From contig OY970208.1 in assembly GCA_963713865.1 (NCBI GenBank), positions 224,001 through 288,000 of the forward strand: 64,000 nucleotides of DNA, in the 5' to 3' direction. Below are positions 1 through 8,598 of this stretch, piece by piece. This DNA is from an uncultured candidate division Zixibacteria bacterium. GTDB taxonomy: Bacteria; Zixibacteria; MSB-5A5; RBG-16-43-9. The position numbers and the translations under genes are program-made. The first letter of the stretch is position 1; every line of letters starts with the position of its first letter. Under the pieces are notes generated by a model, which was not told the origin of the DNA, did not search any database, and saw only the letters and a program-made list of their open reading frames with translations.

Positions 1-53
1 TCCAGAGCAATATTTTCAAGCTCATCCTTGCTTAAAAATTCAAATTCAGACAT
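1..53 (-). CDS. 5' end of a gene running off the window (MSEFEFLSKDELENIAL...), product unknown
   Basis: ATG at 53-51 with a purine-rich RBS (GAAGGTGAAGGATAA) upstream; frame open to the window edge; not in the ORF track. Confidence 0.55.
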   Translation of the reverse strand, partial: MSEFEFLSKDELENIAL

Positions 54-272
54 TTATCCTTCACCTTCTTCCTTATGGGTCGTAGAGCTTTTCCCGACTT
101 TTCACACTATTAATATCGGCCTAAATTAATACGTTAATACCCCTTATAACTTTTGTCAAGGATTAAATCCTAAAAAAAGGTTCAATGGTTCAAGGTTTCC
201 AAAAGTTAAAAAAAGATAATAATGAATAATAAGACTTTCCTCTCAGATTTTCCTTTATTTTCTATTTTTTTC

Positions 273-301
273 TTGACAACTGCACTAATGTGCAGTATAC
301 T
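273..301 (+). promoter_or_regulatory. Sigma70-type lexA promoter whose spacer is filled by a palindromic candidate SOS box
   Basis: TTGACA (273-278), 17-nt spacer, TATACT (296-301); ACTGCAC-TAAT-GTGCAGT at 279-296. Confidence 0.85.
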
Positions 302-384
302 AATTTAGGCAATAGGCAAAAGTCTAAAGTCTTGAAAAGACTATAGACTTAAGACTATAGACTGTTTTTAATGGAGGAGAGTAA

Positions 385-996
385 ATGAAAGAATTAACCC
401 AAAGACAGAAAGAGGTGTTGGATTTTATCTCCGAGATGACGGAGAAAAAGGGATTCCCTCCTACCATAAGGGAGATAGGTCAAAAATTTAAGATCACCTC
501 TACTAACGGGGTAAGGGCGATCTTATCCGCTTTGAGCAGTAAAGGTTATATTCACCGGAAACCTTTAATTTCCAGAGGGATCGAACTTTTAAAGGCGGTC
601 AGGCCTGATCTGGTCTATGTCCCTTTAGTGGGAAGGATATCCGCAGGATTGCCGGTTTTAGCAGTGGAGAATATCGAAGGTAACATAGGTATTGATAAAA
701 CCCTTTTCCCCGGGGATGGGATTTTCTTTTTAAAAGTAATTGGAGATAGTATGAAGGATGCCGGAATTTTAAATGGAGATTATGTTCTTGCCCAACAGCA
801 AAAGACTGCGGAGAAAGGGGAGATAGTAGTAGCTATGATCGGAAGTGAGGCAACGGTTAAAAGATTTTTCCCGGAAAAGAATAGAGTGAGATTGGAGCCG
901 GCTAATCCGGAATATGGTCCCATAATCGTGGAGAAGAAAACTCCTGATTTTTTCATCGCTGGGAAGGTCATCGGACTTCTGAGAAAATACCGGTAG
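385..996 (+). CDS. lexA: SOS repressor LexA
   Basis: LTQRQ..FPPTIREIG HTH, Ala-Gly cleavage site (ISAGLP), GDSM catalytic Ser, TVKR catalytic Lys. Confidence 0.97.
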   Translation: MKELTQRQKEVLDFISEMTEKKGFPPTIREIGQKFKITSTNGVRAILSALSSKGYIHRKPLISRGIELLKAVRPDLVYVPLVGRISAGLPVLAVENIEGNIGIDKTLFPGDGIFFLKVIGDSMKDAGILNGDYVLAQQQKTAEKGEIVVAMIGSEATVKRFFPEKNRVRLEPANPEYGPIIVEKKTPDFFIAGKVIGLLRKYR

Positions 997-998
997 GT

Positions 999-1029
999 TG
1001 CAGGGGTAATTCATGAATTACCCCTGCAA
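999..1029. repeat. REP-like palindrome (GTAG/GCAG-type)
   Basis: TGCAGGGGTAATTCATGAATTACCCCTGCA; related copy at about 26362-26391. Confidence 0.75.
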
Positions 1030-1127
1030 GTAACAAAGCTTGGGCAGGAGTTGAACTCCTGTCCAAGCAGGAGAACCTTTATCCAATATCCGATTTCTGT
1101 CATTAGTAATATCTTTTGCGAATAATT

Positions 1128-1377
1128 ATGTATCAGAATATAGAAGAGCCAATTGAGGTCTTAGCTCTGTTCCAGCAAGGGAAAATCCTGCCCCTTAAGT
1201 TCAGATGGAAAGGAAGAACTTATAAGATTAAGCGTTCTGGAAAATAAATGGAAAAGCGATGCCGGAGAAAAAAACTGCTGGTATTTTTCAGTCTGCGACT
1301 CTGCCTCTAATCTTTTTCAGTTAACCTATAATGAAGAATATCATACCTGGCAACTGACCAGTCTCTGGGTGGAATAA
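1128..1377 (+). pseudogene. Frameshifted small protein of about 82 aa (DUF6504-like; PLKFRWKGRTYKI...W...F.V...FQL.Y...W.L)
   Basis: ATG at 1128; the frame stops at 1245-1247, but removing one base near 1235 gives a continuous frame to TAA 1375-1377. Confidence 0.6.
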
Positions 1378-1484
1378 AATCCGGAGTGCAAAAGCACGTA
1401 ATCTGTGTCTTGAGACTTGCTTTTGCCTATTTTTATTCATTTGAGAAGTATATTACTGAAGATAAGATGATTTCAAATCGCAAA

Positions 1485-1682
1485 TCATTTATAACACTGT
1501 AAAAATCTCTTTAACGATCGATCGTAAGTCTTTTCCACCTCTTTGGGGAAAAAACAGGCTGGAAGCTGTTTTGAGCTCCAATGGTATCTCAAACACTCAC
1601 AGCATCTTCCCTTTCTCTCGCAGGACTCATAAGTACAGACACAATCAGTTAAATTATCTGTTAAATTGTCACATTGTTTCAT
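1485..1682 (-). CDS. Small Cys-rich protein (DUF6485-like)
   Basis: CVCTYESCERKGRCCEC...LPACFF pattern; GAGGAG RBS upstream. Confidence 0.75.
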   Translation of the reverse strand: MKQCDNLTDNLTDCVCTYESCERKGRCCECLRYHWSSKQLPACFFPKEVEKTYDRSLKRFLQCYK

Positions 1683-1835
1683 AGAAACTCCTCATTTATT
1701 GCAGAGCTAGGAGCCCTGTCTACACTCCTGTATATTTGGTAATCCCTGACCTTGCCCACAAGGTGGGATTCTTAGACCCATCTTGAGGGCAAGATGGGTC
1801 TACCTACTCCCCCCATAGAGGGAAAGGGAACTCAT

Positions 1836-2600
1836 TCAGAAAACCTTCACCGGTACTTTAATCTCTTTCTCAGTTTGTTCAGCAATTTTATACAATACTT
1901 CTTTAGGAATTTTCTCAATCCCTTTATCCGGCACCGGACGGTCGCAGGTATAGATTTGAACCTCTCTGGGTTTTATTATTTTTAATTTCGAAATCCATTC
2001 ATCTACTTCTTCATCTATTGTATTATCTACCCTTCCTTTAACAAAAATAGTTTGGATTACAATATCTTTCAACTTTTTAAAGCCTTCCACCATCTTTTTA
2101 AGACTCAAGCTTTTATGAGGATGATTTAAAGCCCTCCAGGTTTTCTCTGTGCCGCAATCCAATTTCATTATCCTGAGGTCTAATTTCTCAAGAGCTTTTC
2201 TTATTTCGGGTTGATCCACAGTTGAAGAATTTGACAAAACGGCAACTTTGACTGAAGGAACATATTTATCCCTTACCTTCTTGACTATATCCACCATCTC
2301 AGAAAATTCAGGATGAAGAGTTGGTTCTCCGTTTCCAGAGAAGGTAATAAAATTTATATTTTTATCTTTTTCCAGATAATTCTCTAATGCAATTTTCACT
2401 TCTTCTGGAGTAGGTAGGTCCTCAATCTTCTCTGTAAGTTCCAAAGCATGGATATCAGTATAACCATAATGGCAGTAAATACAATTATAAGAGCATAGCT
2501 TATAATCAGCCGGCATCAGATTTATACCCAGAGAAGGACCCAATCTCCTGGATTTTATTGGACCATAAATTATTTCTTTTTGTAAAGCCAACAAGTTCAT
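1836..2600 (-). CDS. Radical SAM protein (COG0731/TYW1-like)
   Basis: YGPIKSRRLG.SLGIN, CxxxCxxC (CSYNCIYC), SGNGEPTLHP; ATG at 2600 preferred over the TTG start at 2648. Confidence 0.88.
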   Translation of the reverse strand: MNLLALQKEIIYGPIKSRRLGPSLGINLMPADYKLCSYNCIYCHYGYTDIHALELTEKIEDLPTPEEVKIALENYLEKDKNINFITFSGNGEPTLHPEFSEMVDIVKKVRDKYVPSVKVAVLSNSSTVDQPEIRKALEKLDLRIMKLDCGTEKTWRALNHPHKSLSLKKMVEGFKKLKDIVIQTIFVKGRVDNTIDEEVDEWISKLKIIKPREVQIYTCDRPVPDKGIEKIPKEVLYKIAEQTEKEIKVPVKVF

Positions 2601-2830
2601 ATCAATCCTTTCTCTTATGCAACCAATATATGTTTCCTCAAAGCCCAAAAATTATACTTATTTAAGGGATTAAAGTCAATAAAAAATCCCTGGCTCAATA
2701 GTGTATATTAATTGTGAAAAATTTTCTTGGAGTTGAAACTTCATCTTCTTCAGGTTTAGCTTAAATTTAGATTTGTTTTATCTAACTTTAAGACTTATAT
2801 TATCATAAATTTTCAAATCGAGGTAGAGAT

Positions 2831-3166
2831 ATGAAGCTGATTAGTTATAAGAAAGTTAAAGCGGAAAAAATTGACGACCCTCAGTCAAAGGATGTTAAGA
2901 TAAGATGGGCGATCAATAAAGAAGATGGTGCCCCAAATTTTGCCCTGCGGGTTTTTGAGCTTAAGCCCGGTGGTTATACTCCTTATCACTCTCACAAATG
3001 GGAACATGAGGTCTTCATCAAAAAGGGAAAGGGGAAACTACTCTGGGAGGGTAAAAGTATACCTCTTAAGGAAGGGGATATTATTTTCATTCCCGGTGGA
3101 GAAAAACATCAATTCCTAAATAACTCCAGAGGAGTTTTAGAATTTCTCTGTATGATACCACTTTAA
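2831..3166 (+). CDS. Cupin domain protein
   Basis: PGGYTPYHSHKWEHEVF and FIPGGEKHQF cupin motifs. Confidence 0.9.
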   Translation: MKLISYKKVKAEKIDDPQSKDVKIRWAINKEDGAPNFALRVFELKPGGYTPYHSHKWEHEVFIKKGKGKLLWEGKSIPLKEGDIIFIPGGEKHQFLNNSRGVLEFLCMIPL

Positions 3167-3167
3167 C

Positions 3168-3223
3168 CTGGAGTGTAAACCTTCAGGTTTACCATAAGAT
3201 AAAGCTAAAGCTTTATATTCCAG
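3168..3223. repeat. GGAG-headed REP doublet (REPIN-like)
   Basis: CTGGAGTGTAAACCTTCAGGTTTAC...GATAAAGCTAAAGCTTTATATTCCAG; relatives at about 1380, 29810-29907, 30668-30748, 43184 and 51971-52064. Confidence 0.75.
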
Positions 3224-3239
3224 ATTCGAGAGGGAAAAT

Positions 3240-4505
3240 ATGAAAACAAAAATTCTATTCTTTTTATTCTTTTCTATTTTCTGTTTATATAATCCTGTTA
3301 AAGCAGATAATCAGGAGGCAAACTTGGAAACAAAAGTAAAAGAGGTTCAACAATATTTGAAAGAGAATAACCTTCCCGCCTGGCTTTTATATGACTTCAA
3401 GGGGATAAACCCGATTGCAGTTGATTTTCTTAACCTGAAAGGTCTTAAGACCAGAAGATGGTATTATCTTATCAGAGCTGAAGGAGAGCCAACCGTTTTA
3501 GTGCACAAAATAGAAGAGCAGGGTTTTAAAAACATCCCTGGAAAACTCATCACCTATGTAAGCTGGGAAGACTTAAAAGAAAAGTTAAAAGAGCTCCTCT
3601 CAGGAGTAAAAACAGTGGTAATGGAATACTCTTTTGAAAACAATATCCCATATATTTCCAGAGTAGATGCTGGGACAATCGAGCTGATCAGAAGCTATGG
3701 AGTAGAAATTGTCTCCTCTGCTGATTTAGTTCAGTATTTTCAAGCTCGCTTGAATCAGGCCCAGTACCTTTCCCATAAAGAAGCTGCGCAAATCCTGATG
3801 AAGATCAAAGATGAAGCCTTTGAGTTTATCGCACAAAGGATCAAAAATAAAAAGGATGTGGACGAATTCGAAGTGGTTCAATTTATCCAGAATCGGATGA
3901 ATGAATCTGGAATGGCTAAGGAGGAGGATTTAATCTGTGCGGTCAATGAAAACAGCGGGAATCCCCATTATACCCCCACTCCGGCTGAGAATAAAAAAAT
4001 AAAAGAAGGTGATTTTGTACTCCTGGATATATGGGGGAAAATGAAGAAAGAGAAATCGATCTATGCGGATATCACCTGGACCGGTTTTGTAGGTGAAGAG
4101 GTCCCGGAGAAATATGTGCATATATTCAATATAGTGAAACAGGCAAGGGATGTAGCTCTTAATTTTCTCAAAGATAAATGGGTACAAGGAGAAAAGGTAA
4201 AAGGCTGGGAGGTGGATAAAGCCTGCAGAGATTTTATCGTCAAAGCGGGCTTTGGTGAAAATTTTACCCACCGAACCGGACATAGCCTGGGAACCGAAGA
4301 CCACGGAAATGGAGTCAATATAGACAACCTGGAGACCAAAGACGAAAGGAAGATAATCCCCGGAATAGGTTTTTCAATTGAGCCGGGAATCTATTTAAAG
4401 GAATTTGGAGTAAGAAGCGAGATTAATATCCACGTAAAAGACAAAGAGATTGAGGTAACCACTCTTCCCCTGCAGGAAGAGATAATCCCGGTTTTAAAAC
4501 TTTAG
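3240..4505 (+). CDS. M24 family Xaa-Pro aminopeptidase with N-terminal signal peptide
   Basis: LLDIW, ADIT, HRTGHSLG, FSIEPGIY and VRSE metal-ligand motifs; hydrophobic N-terminus ending VKA. Confidence 0.9.
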   Translation: MKTKILFFLFFSIFCLYNPVKADNQEANLETKVKEVQQYLKENNLPAWLLYDFKGINPIAVDFLNLKGLKTRRWYYLIRAEGEPTVLVHKIEEQGFKNIPGKLITYVSWEDLKEKLKELLSGVKTVVMEYSFENNIPYISRVDAGTIELIRSYGVEIVSSADLVQYFQARLNQAQYLSHKEAAQILMKIKDEAFEFIAQRIKNKKDVDEFEVVQFIQNRMNESGMAKEEDLICAVNENSGNPHYTPTPAENKKIKEGDFVLLDIWGKMKKEKSIYADITWTGFVGEEVPEKYVHIFNIVKQARDVALNFLKDKWVQGEKVKGWEVDKACRDFIVKAGFGENFTHRTGHSLGTEDHGNGVNIDNLETKDERKIIPGIGFSIEPGIYLKEFGVRSEINIHVKDKEIEVTTLPLQEEIIPVLKL

Positions 4506-4525
4506 AAACCCAAGGGGGTGATAAA

Positions 4526-4930
4526 ATGTTTAAAAGATTGCATCTTGCATTATTTCTTTCAGCTTTAACCTTTATACCTTTGATCTGCCTTAATGCCCAG
4601 GAAAAATCCAATCTGGAGGTAACTGAGATCTTATTAGGAACCGGACTGGAGAACAGAGAGGTAACTGGCGTAGATACGACTTTTTCAGCAGACGTTGGTA
4701 AAATCTATTGTTGGACCAAGATAACCGGTGCAGCTTCAGAAACTCAAATTGCACATCATTGGTTTTTCGAAGACAAGGAAGTGGTGAAAATCGATATCTC
4801 GGTGAAATATCCAAGCTATCGCTGCTGGAGCATCAAGACCATCTATCCGGAGATGAAAGGTAACTGGAAAGTGGAGGTAAAAGATTCAGAGGGAAAAACC
4901 TTAGGCTCGATCAGTTTCACGGTTAAGTAG
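4526..4930 (+). CDS. Secreted DUF2914-like Ig-fold protein
   Basis: Signal peptide; IYCWT, HHW, YRCWSIKTI, GNWKVEV pattern. Confidence 0.8.
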   Translation: MFKRLHLALFLSALTFIPLICLNAQEKSNLEVTEILLGTGLENREVTGVDTTFSADVGKIYCWTKITGAASETQIAHHWFFEDKEVVKIDISVKYPSYRCWSIKTIYPEMKGNWKVEVKDSEGKTLGSISFTVK

Positions 4931-5035
4931 AATTTAGGATGAACTGTTCAAATGACTTTAGTCAGGTTATGCACTTACGCTCTTAAAGACATAGGGGTTC
5001 AACATTTTGAACCCCTACTATTTTAAAAATTTCGT

Positions 5036-5728
5036 ATGCAAATAGACCTCATCCAGATCGAAAGAAAATACGGAAAGCCAAAATCTTTAAGGATGTCTTT
5101 TCCTTTAAATTCAAAAGAATTTAAAAATCTCAAAGATAGCATGAAAGATGGCAGGGATTCAGATGTAACCTTATTTATTTTTAAAAATAGAAAAGTCGCC
5201 GTCATTGCCAAACCCTGGTATGAAGAAGGGCTCTATAGAGCACCCAGTGGAGGATGGAAACCTGGTGAGAGCCTGGAGGAGGTGGCTTTAAGGGAAGGTT
5301 ATGAAGAAACCGGGACAAAAATAAAATTACAGAGATATATCTTGAGAATCGAGGTCACCTTTTCACATAGCCATAAAGAGGTAATCTGGACCTCACACAT
5401 CTTCACTGCCAAATACCTCTCAGGTAAACTCCAGCCAATCGACAAAAGGGAGATAAAAGAGGTTAAACTCTTAACCTTAAAAGAGCTTTCTTACTTAAAA
5501 CCACTTTTGTTAAAAACTGGTTCTGGAGGGTTAGCTTACCGGGCAGCTTTAACTGAGAAAGCACTTGAGGAGATCAAAGAACGTAGGGGCGACCTTTATG
5601 GTCGCTCGCGGGAGGGGACAAGCCCCTCCCCTACGAAAACAACTACCAAATATAAAAGAGCAGGCACAGGGGCCTGCCCCTACTTTTTTAACCTGTTTAC
5701 TGTTTATCGTATGCTGTTTACTATTTAA
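5036..5728 (+). CDS. NUDIX hydrolase with REP-derived C-terminal tail
   Basis: Nudix box GGWKPGESLEEVALREGYEETG; the last ~48 codons run through REP hairpins. Confidence 0.85.
   Translation: MQIDLIQIERKYGKPKSLRMSFPLNSKEFKNLKDSMKDGRDSDVTLFIFKNRKVAVIAKPWYEEGLYRAPSGGWKPGESLEEVALREGYEETGTKIKLQRYILRIEVTFSHSHKEVIWTSHIFTAKYLSGKLQPIDKREIKEVKLLTLKELSYLKPLLLKTGSGGLAYRAALTEKALEEIKERRGDLYGRSREGTSPSPTKTTTKYKRAGTGACPYFFNLFTVYRMLFTI
5582..5683. repeat. Cluster of GTAG-type REP hairpins inside the NUDIX 3' end
   Basis: CGTAGGGGCGACC...GGTCGC, GGGAGGGGACAAGCCCCTCCCCTAC, GCAGGCACAGGGGCCTGCCCCTAC. Confidence 0.75.
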
Positions 5729-6641
5729 ACCTCTTCGGTGACCACTTCTCCCATTCGATCACAACTGGAGCAGCTACAAACCAGGATGAATAGGTTCCTT
5801 CTAAAACTCCTATTAGCAGGGTCAAAGCAAAATCATGTACCACCTCACCCGCAAAAATATAAATTGCCAGAACCGCTAAAAAGACAGTCCCTCCGGTGAT
5901 GATAGTCCGGCTTAAAACTTCATTTATGCTGGTATTTATAGTCCCGGCAAAATCTCCCTTCTTACGAAAGAGCTTAAGGTTCTCCCTTATCCGATCATAG
6001 ACCACAACTGTATCTGTCAGAGAATAACCGGCTATGGTCAAAAGAGCAGTTACGATCAGAAGGGTTATCTCCTTATGCAAGATGAATAGTATCCCCAAAA
6101 TCGATAAAATATCATGAAAAGTAGCGGCAGTAGCGGCAACACCAAATCGGAAATCAAATCTTATCCAGATATAAACTAAAATACCTGCCAGGGCAATAAT
6201 CAACGCCCACTGAGCTTGTTTCTGGAGTATCTTACCCACAGCCGGACCCACCTCGTCCACAGAATCTTTACGGAAAGTATTATCCGGAAACTCCTTTTTC
6301 AGAATATTCAAGACTTCATCCGCGATTTTACTACCTGTTTCCACAGTACTTTTCAACCGGATCAAAAAGAAATAAGGAATTCCTCTTTGAAGTTCAGTTA
6401 TCTCGGCATCTCCATATCCATTTCTAATTAGAACTTCCCTTACCTGTCCGATCTGAACAGGTTTCTCAAAACTTCCCTGAATCATAGTCCCGCCAGCAAA
6501 ATCGATACCCATATTAGCTTTACCTAAAAAAATGAAAGCAAAGGCGACTATTCCTAAAATAATCAGGATTCCAGAAAAGGCAAAAGCATAATACCTCATA
6601 CCAACGAAATTGATATTAGTCTTTTTGATTATCTCAAACAT
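5721..6641 (-). CDS. secF: Protein translocase subunit SecF
   Basis: GIDFAGG, VGPAVG, GYSLTDTVVVYDRIRE, GTYSS motifs; adjacent to secD. Confidence 0.96.
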   Translation of the reverse strand: MFEIIKKTNINFVGMRYYAFAFSGILIILGIVAFAFIFLGKANMGIDFAGGTMIQGSFEKPVQIGQVREVLIRNGYGDAEITELQRGIPYFFLIRLKSTVETGSKIADEVLNILKKEFPDNTFRKDSVDEVGPAVGKILQKQAQWALIIALAGILVYIWIRFDFRFGVAATAATFHDILSILGILFILHKEITLLIVTALLTIAGYSLTDTVVVYDRIRENLKLFRKKGDFAGTINTSINEVLSRTIITGGTVFLAVLAIYIFAGEVVHDFALTLLIGVLEGTYSSWFVAAPVVIEWEKWSPKRFK

Positions 6642-6666
6642 AGTTTATCCTTTAATAAAATGTAGG

Positions 6667-8307
6667 TTAAATGCTTAAGCTCTTATAATTTTTCCGAATA
6701 TTAAAAATCAGTTTAGTTACAACTACCGCAGTAAACAAACTGATTATCACTCCTAAACTCAAAGTAACTGCGAATCCTTTAATCGGTCCAGTTCCAAACT
6801 GGAAAAGAACAGCTGCGGTTATCAGGGTGGTAACATGGGAATCGATAACCGTAAGGAGTGCCCTTTTGTATCCAGCATCAATTGCAGCTCTTATAGTCTT
6901 TCCGGTTCTCATCTCTTCTCTGATCCTCTCGAAAATCAATACATTTGAATCGACTGACATACCCATAGTTAAGATAATTCCTGCAATACCTGGCAGGGTT
7001 AGAGTAGCATGCAAACCCGCTAAAGCAGCCAAAAGATAGATTAAATTCAAAATCAGGGCAAAATCTGCTATTATCCCGGATAATCTGTAATAGATAGCCA
7101 TAAATATTATAACTAATCCGATTCCAAAAATCCCTGCCTTTATACCTTTATTAATAGAATCCTGTCCCAAGGATGGTCCAACTACCCGGTTCTCTATTAT
7201 TTTAACTGGAGCTGGTAGAGCACCTGCTCTCAAGACCACAGCTAAATCCCGGGCATTCTCAATCGTGCCACTACTTCCCAACTCTATAACTCCGCTCTCC
7301 CTGATTTTTGCTCGTATGATGGGAGCTGATTCCACTTTCCCATCCAGGGTAATGGCTAAGGGTTTATCTATGTTTGCGCCGGTAAGCTGAGCGAACTTTC
7401 TCCCTCCTTCTTTAGTGAGGGTGAAATTAACCTGAGGTCTGCGGAACTGGTCAAAATTCTCTCTGGCATCAGTAAGATATTTGCCTGAGAGCTCCACTTT
7501 CTTCTTTAAAAGATAAAGCATCTGATAATCCACTCCCCGGACAGGCTCAGTGGAAGTTGCCCAGGTTAAGGTGTCATCTTCTGGTATTACCTCCAAAACC
7601 AGAGGGTTCCTGAGATATTGATCTATCCTGAGTTTTTCATCTGCCGGAACCAGGAAATAATTGGTGCCAGAAGACTCTAAAAGTGAAGTAAAAGGTTTAT
7701 CAGAAACCTCCCCCTCTTCCTCCTTTGTAGAAGTTGTATCAGCAGTCTCTTTCGAGAAAAGGTCTTTGACCATTTCTTTGGTTTTCTCTTTTTTCTCAGA
7801 AGGTTTCACCTCTTTCCCTTTCTGTGCTAATACTGCATCTATCTTGTTAAATATCTCTTTGGTATTTTCCGGAGTCTCTAAAAGCTTGAATTCTAATTGG
7901 GCGGTTTGACCGATGAGATTTTGAGCTCTTTCCACATCCTGTAATCCGGGTAATTCTACAACAATTCTATCTTCCCCCTGTTTTTGAATAAGAGGCTCAG
8001 CCACTCCGAACTGATCAATCCGGTTCCGGATAATCTCTAAAGCCCGTTCCACAGCATCCTTGCTTTCTTCTGGTTTTAGTTTAGTCTTATCCACCTGCAG
8101 AACTACATGCATTCCTCCTTGTAAATCCAGACCTAACTTAATCCCTTTAAGCTCTAAATTCTGAAGTCCCTGAGGGTCTTTCTCTTTTAAAATTATCTTC
8201 TCCGTCTCGGTTAGCGACCAGAGCCTCAGGGATGGATAAAGATACCAGATAGAGGCAATGATTAGAAAAAGAGTAATCAGGGTAAGCCAGAGTTGTGATC
8301 TTTTCAT
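6667..8307 (-). CDS. secD: Protein translocase subunit SecD
   Basis: LGLDLQGG, RIDQFGVAEP, GPSLG, VDSNVLIFERIREE. Confidence 0.97.
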   Translation of the reverse strand: MKRSQLWLTLITLFLIIASIWYLYPSLRLWSLTETEKIILKEKDPQGLQNLELKGIKLGLDLQGGMHVVLQVDKTKLKPEESKDAVERALEIIRNRIDQFGVAEPLIQKQGEDRIVVELPGLQDVERAQNLIGQTAQLEFKLLETPENTKEIFNKIDAVLAQKGKEVKPSEKKEKTKEMVKDLFSKETADTTSTKEEEGEVSDKPFTSLLESSGTNYFLVPADEKLRIDQYLRNPLVLEVIPEDDTLTWATSTEPVRGVDYQMLYLLKKKVELSGKYLTDARENFDQFRRPQVNFTLTKEGGRKFAQLTGANIDKPLAITLDGKVESAPIIRAKIRESGVIELGSSGTIENARDLAVVLRAGALPAPVKIIENRVVGPSLGQDSINKGIKAGIFGIGLVIIFMAIYYRLSGIIADFALILNLIYLLAALAGLHATLTLPGIAGIILTMGMSVDSNVLIFERIREEMRTGKTIRAAIDAGYKRALLTVIDSHVTTLITAAVLFQFGTGPIKGFAVTLSLGVIISLFTAVVVTKLIFNIRKNYKSLSI

Positions 8308-8598
8308 TTTTAAAACACTCCTTAATTTAAACCTTCATCTCTACAAGCCGTATCCCGCCAAACGGCGGGATTATTGCCTAAAAAAACAAATCATTCACAA
8401 TCAGAATTAGAAAATATATTAAAAATCCTTAAAGTCAACACAAAATATATATTTTTTACGAACTTTACAGCTGGCTTGTTAGGTAGTTTATAAATTTTGC
8501 TTTATGGATGGAGTTACCTTGTTCTTGTCTTAATCTATGCTTGACAATTCAATTAAGTTATAATTATATATGAAAAAGTTATCGAACTTTGTGATTCT

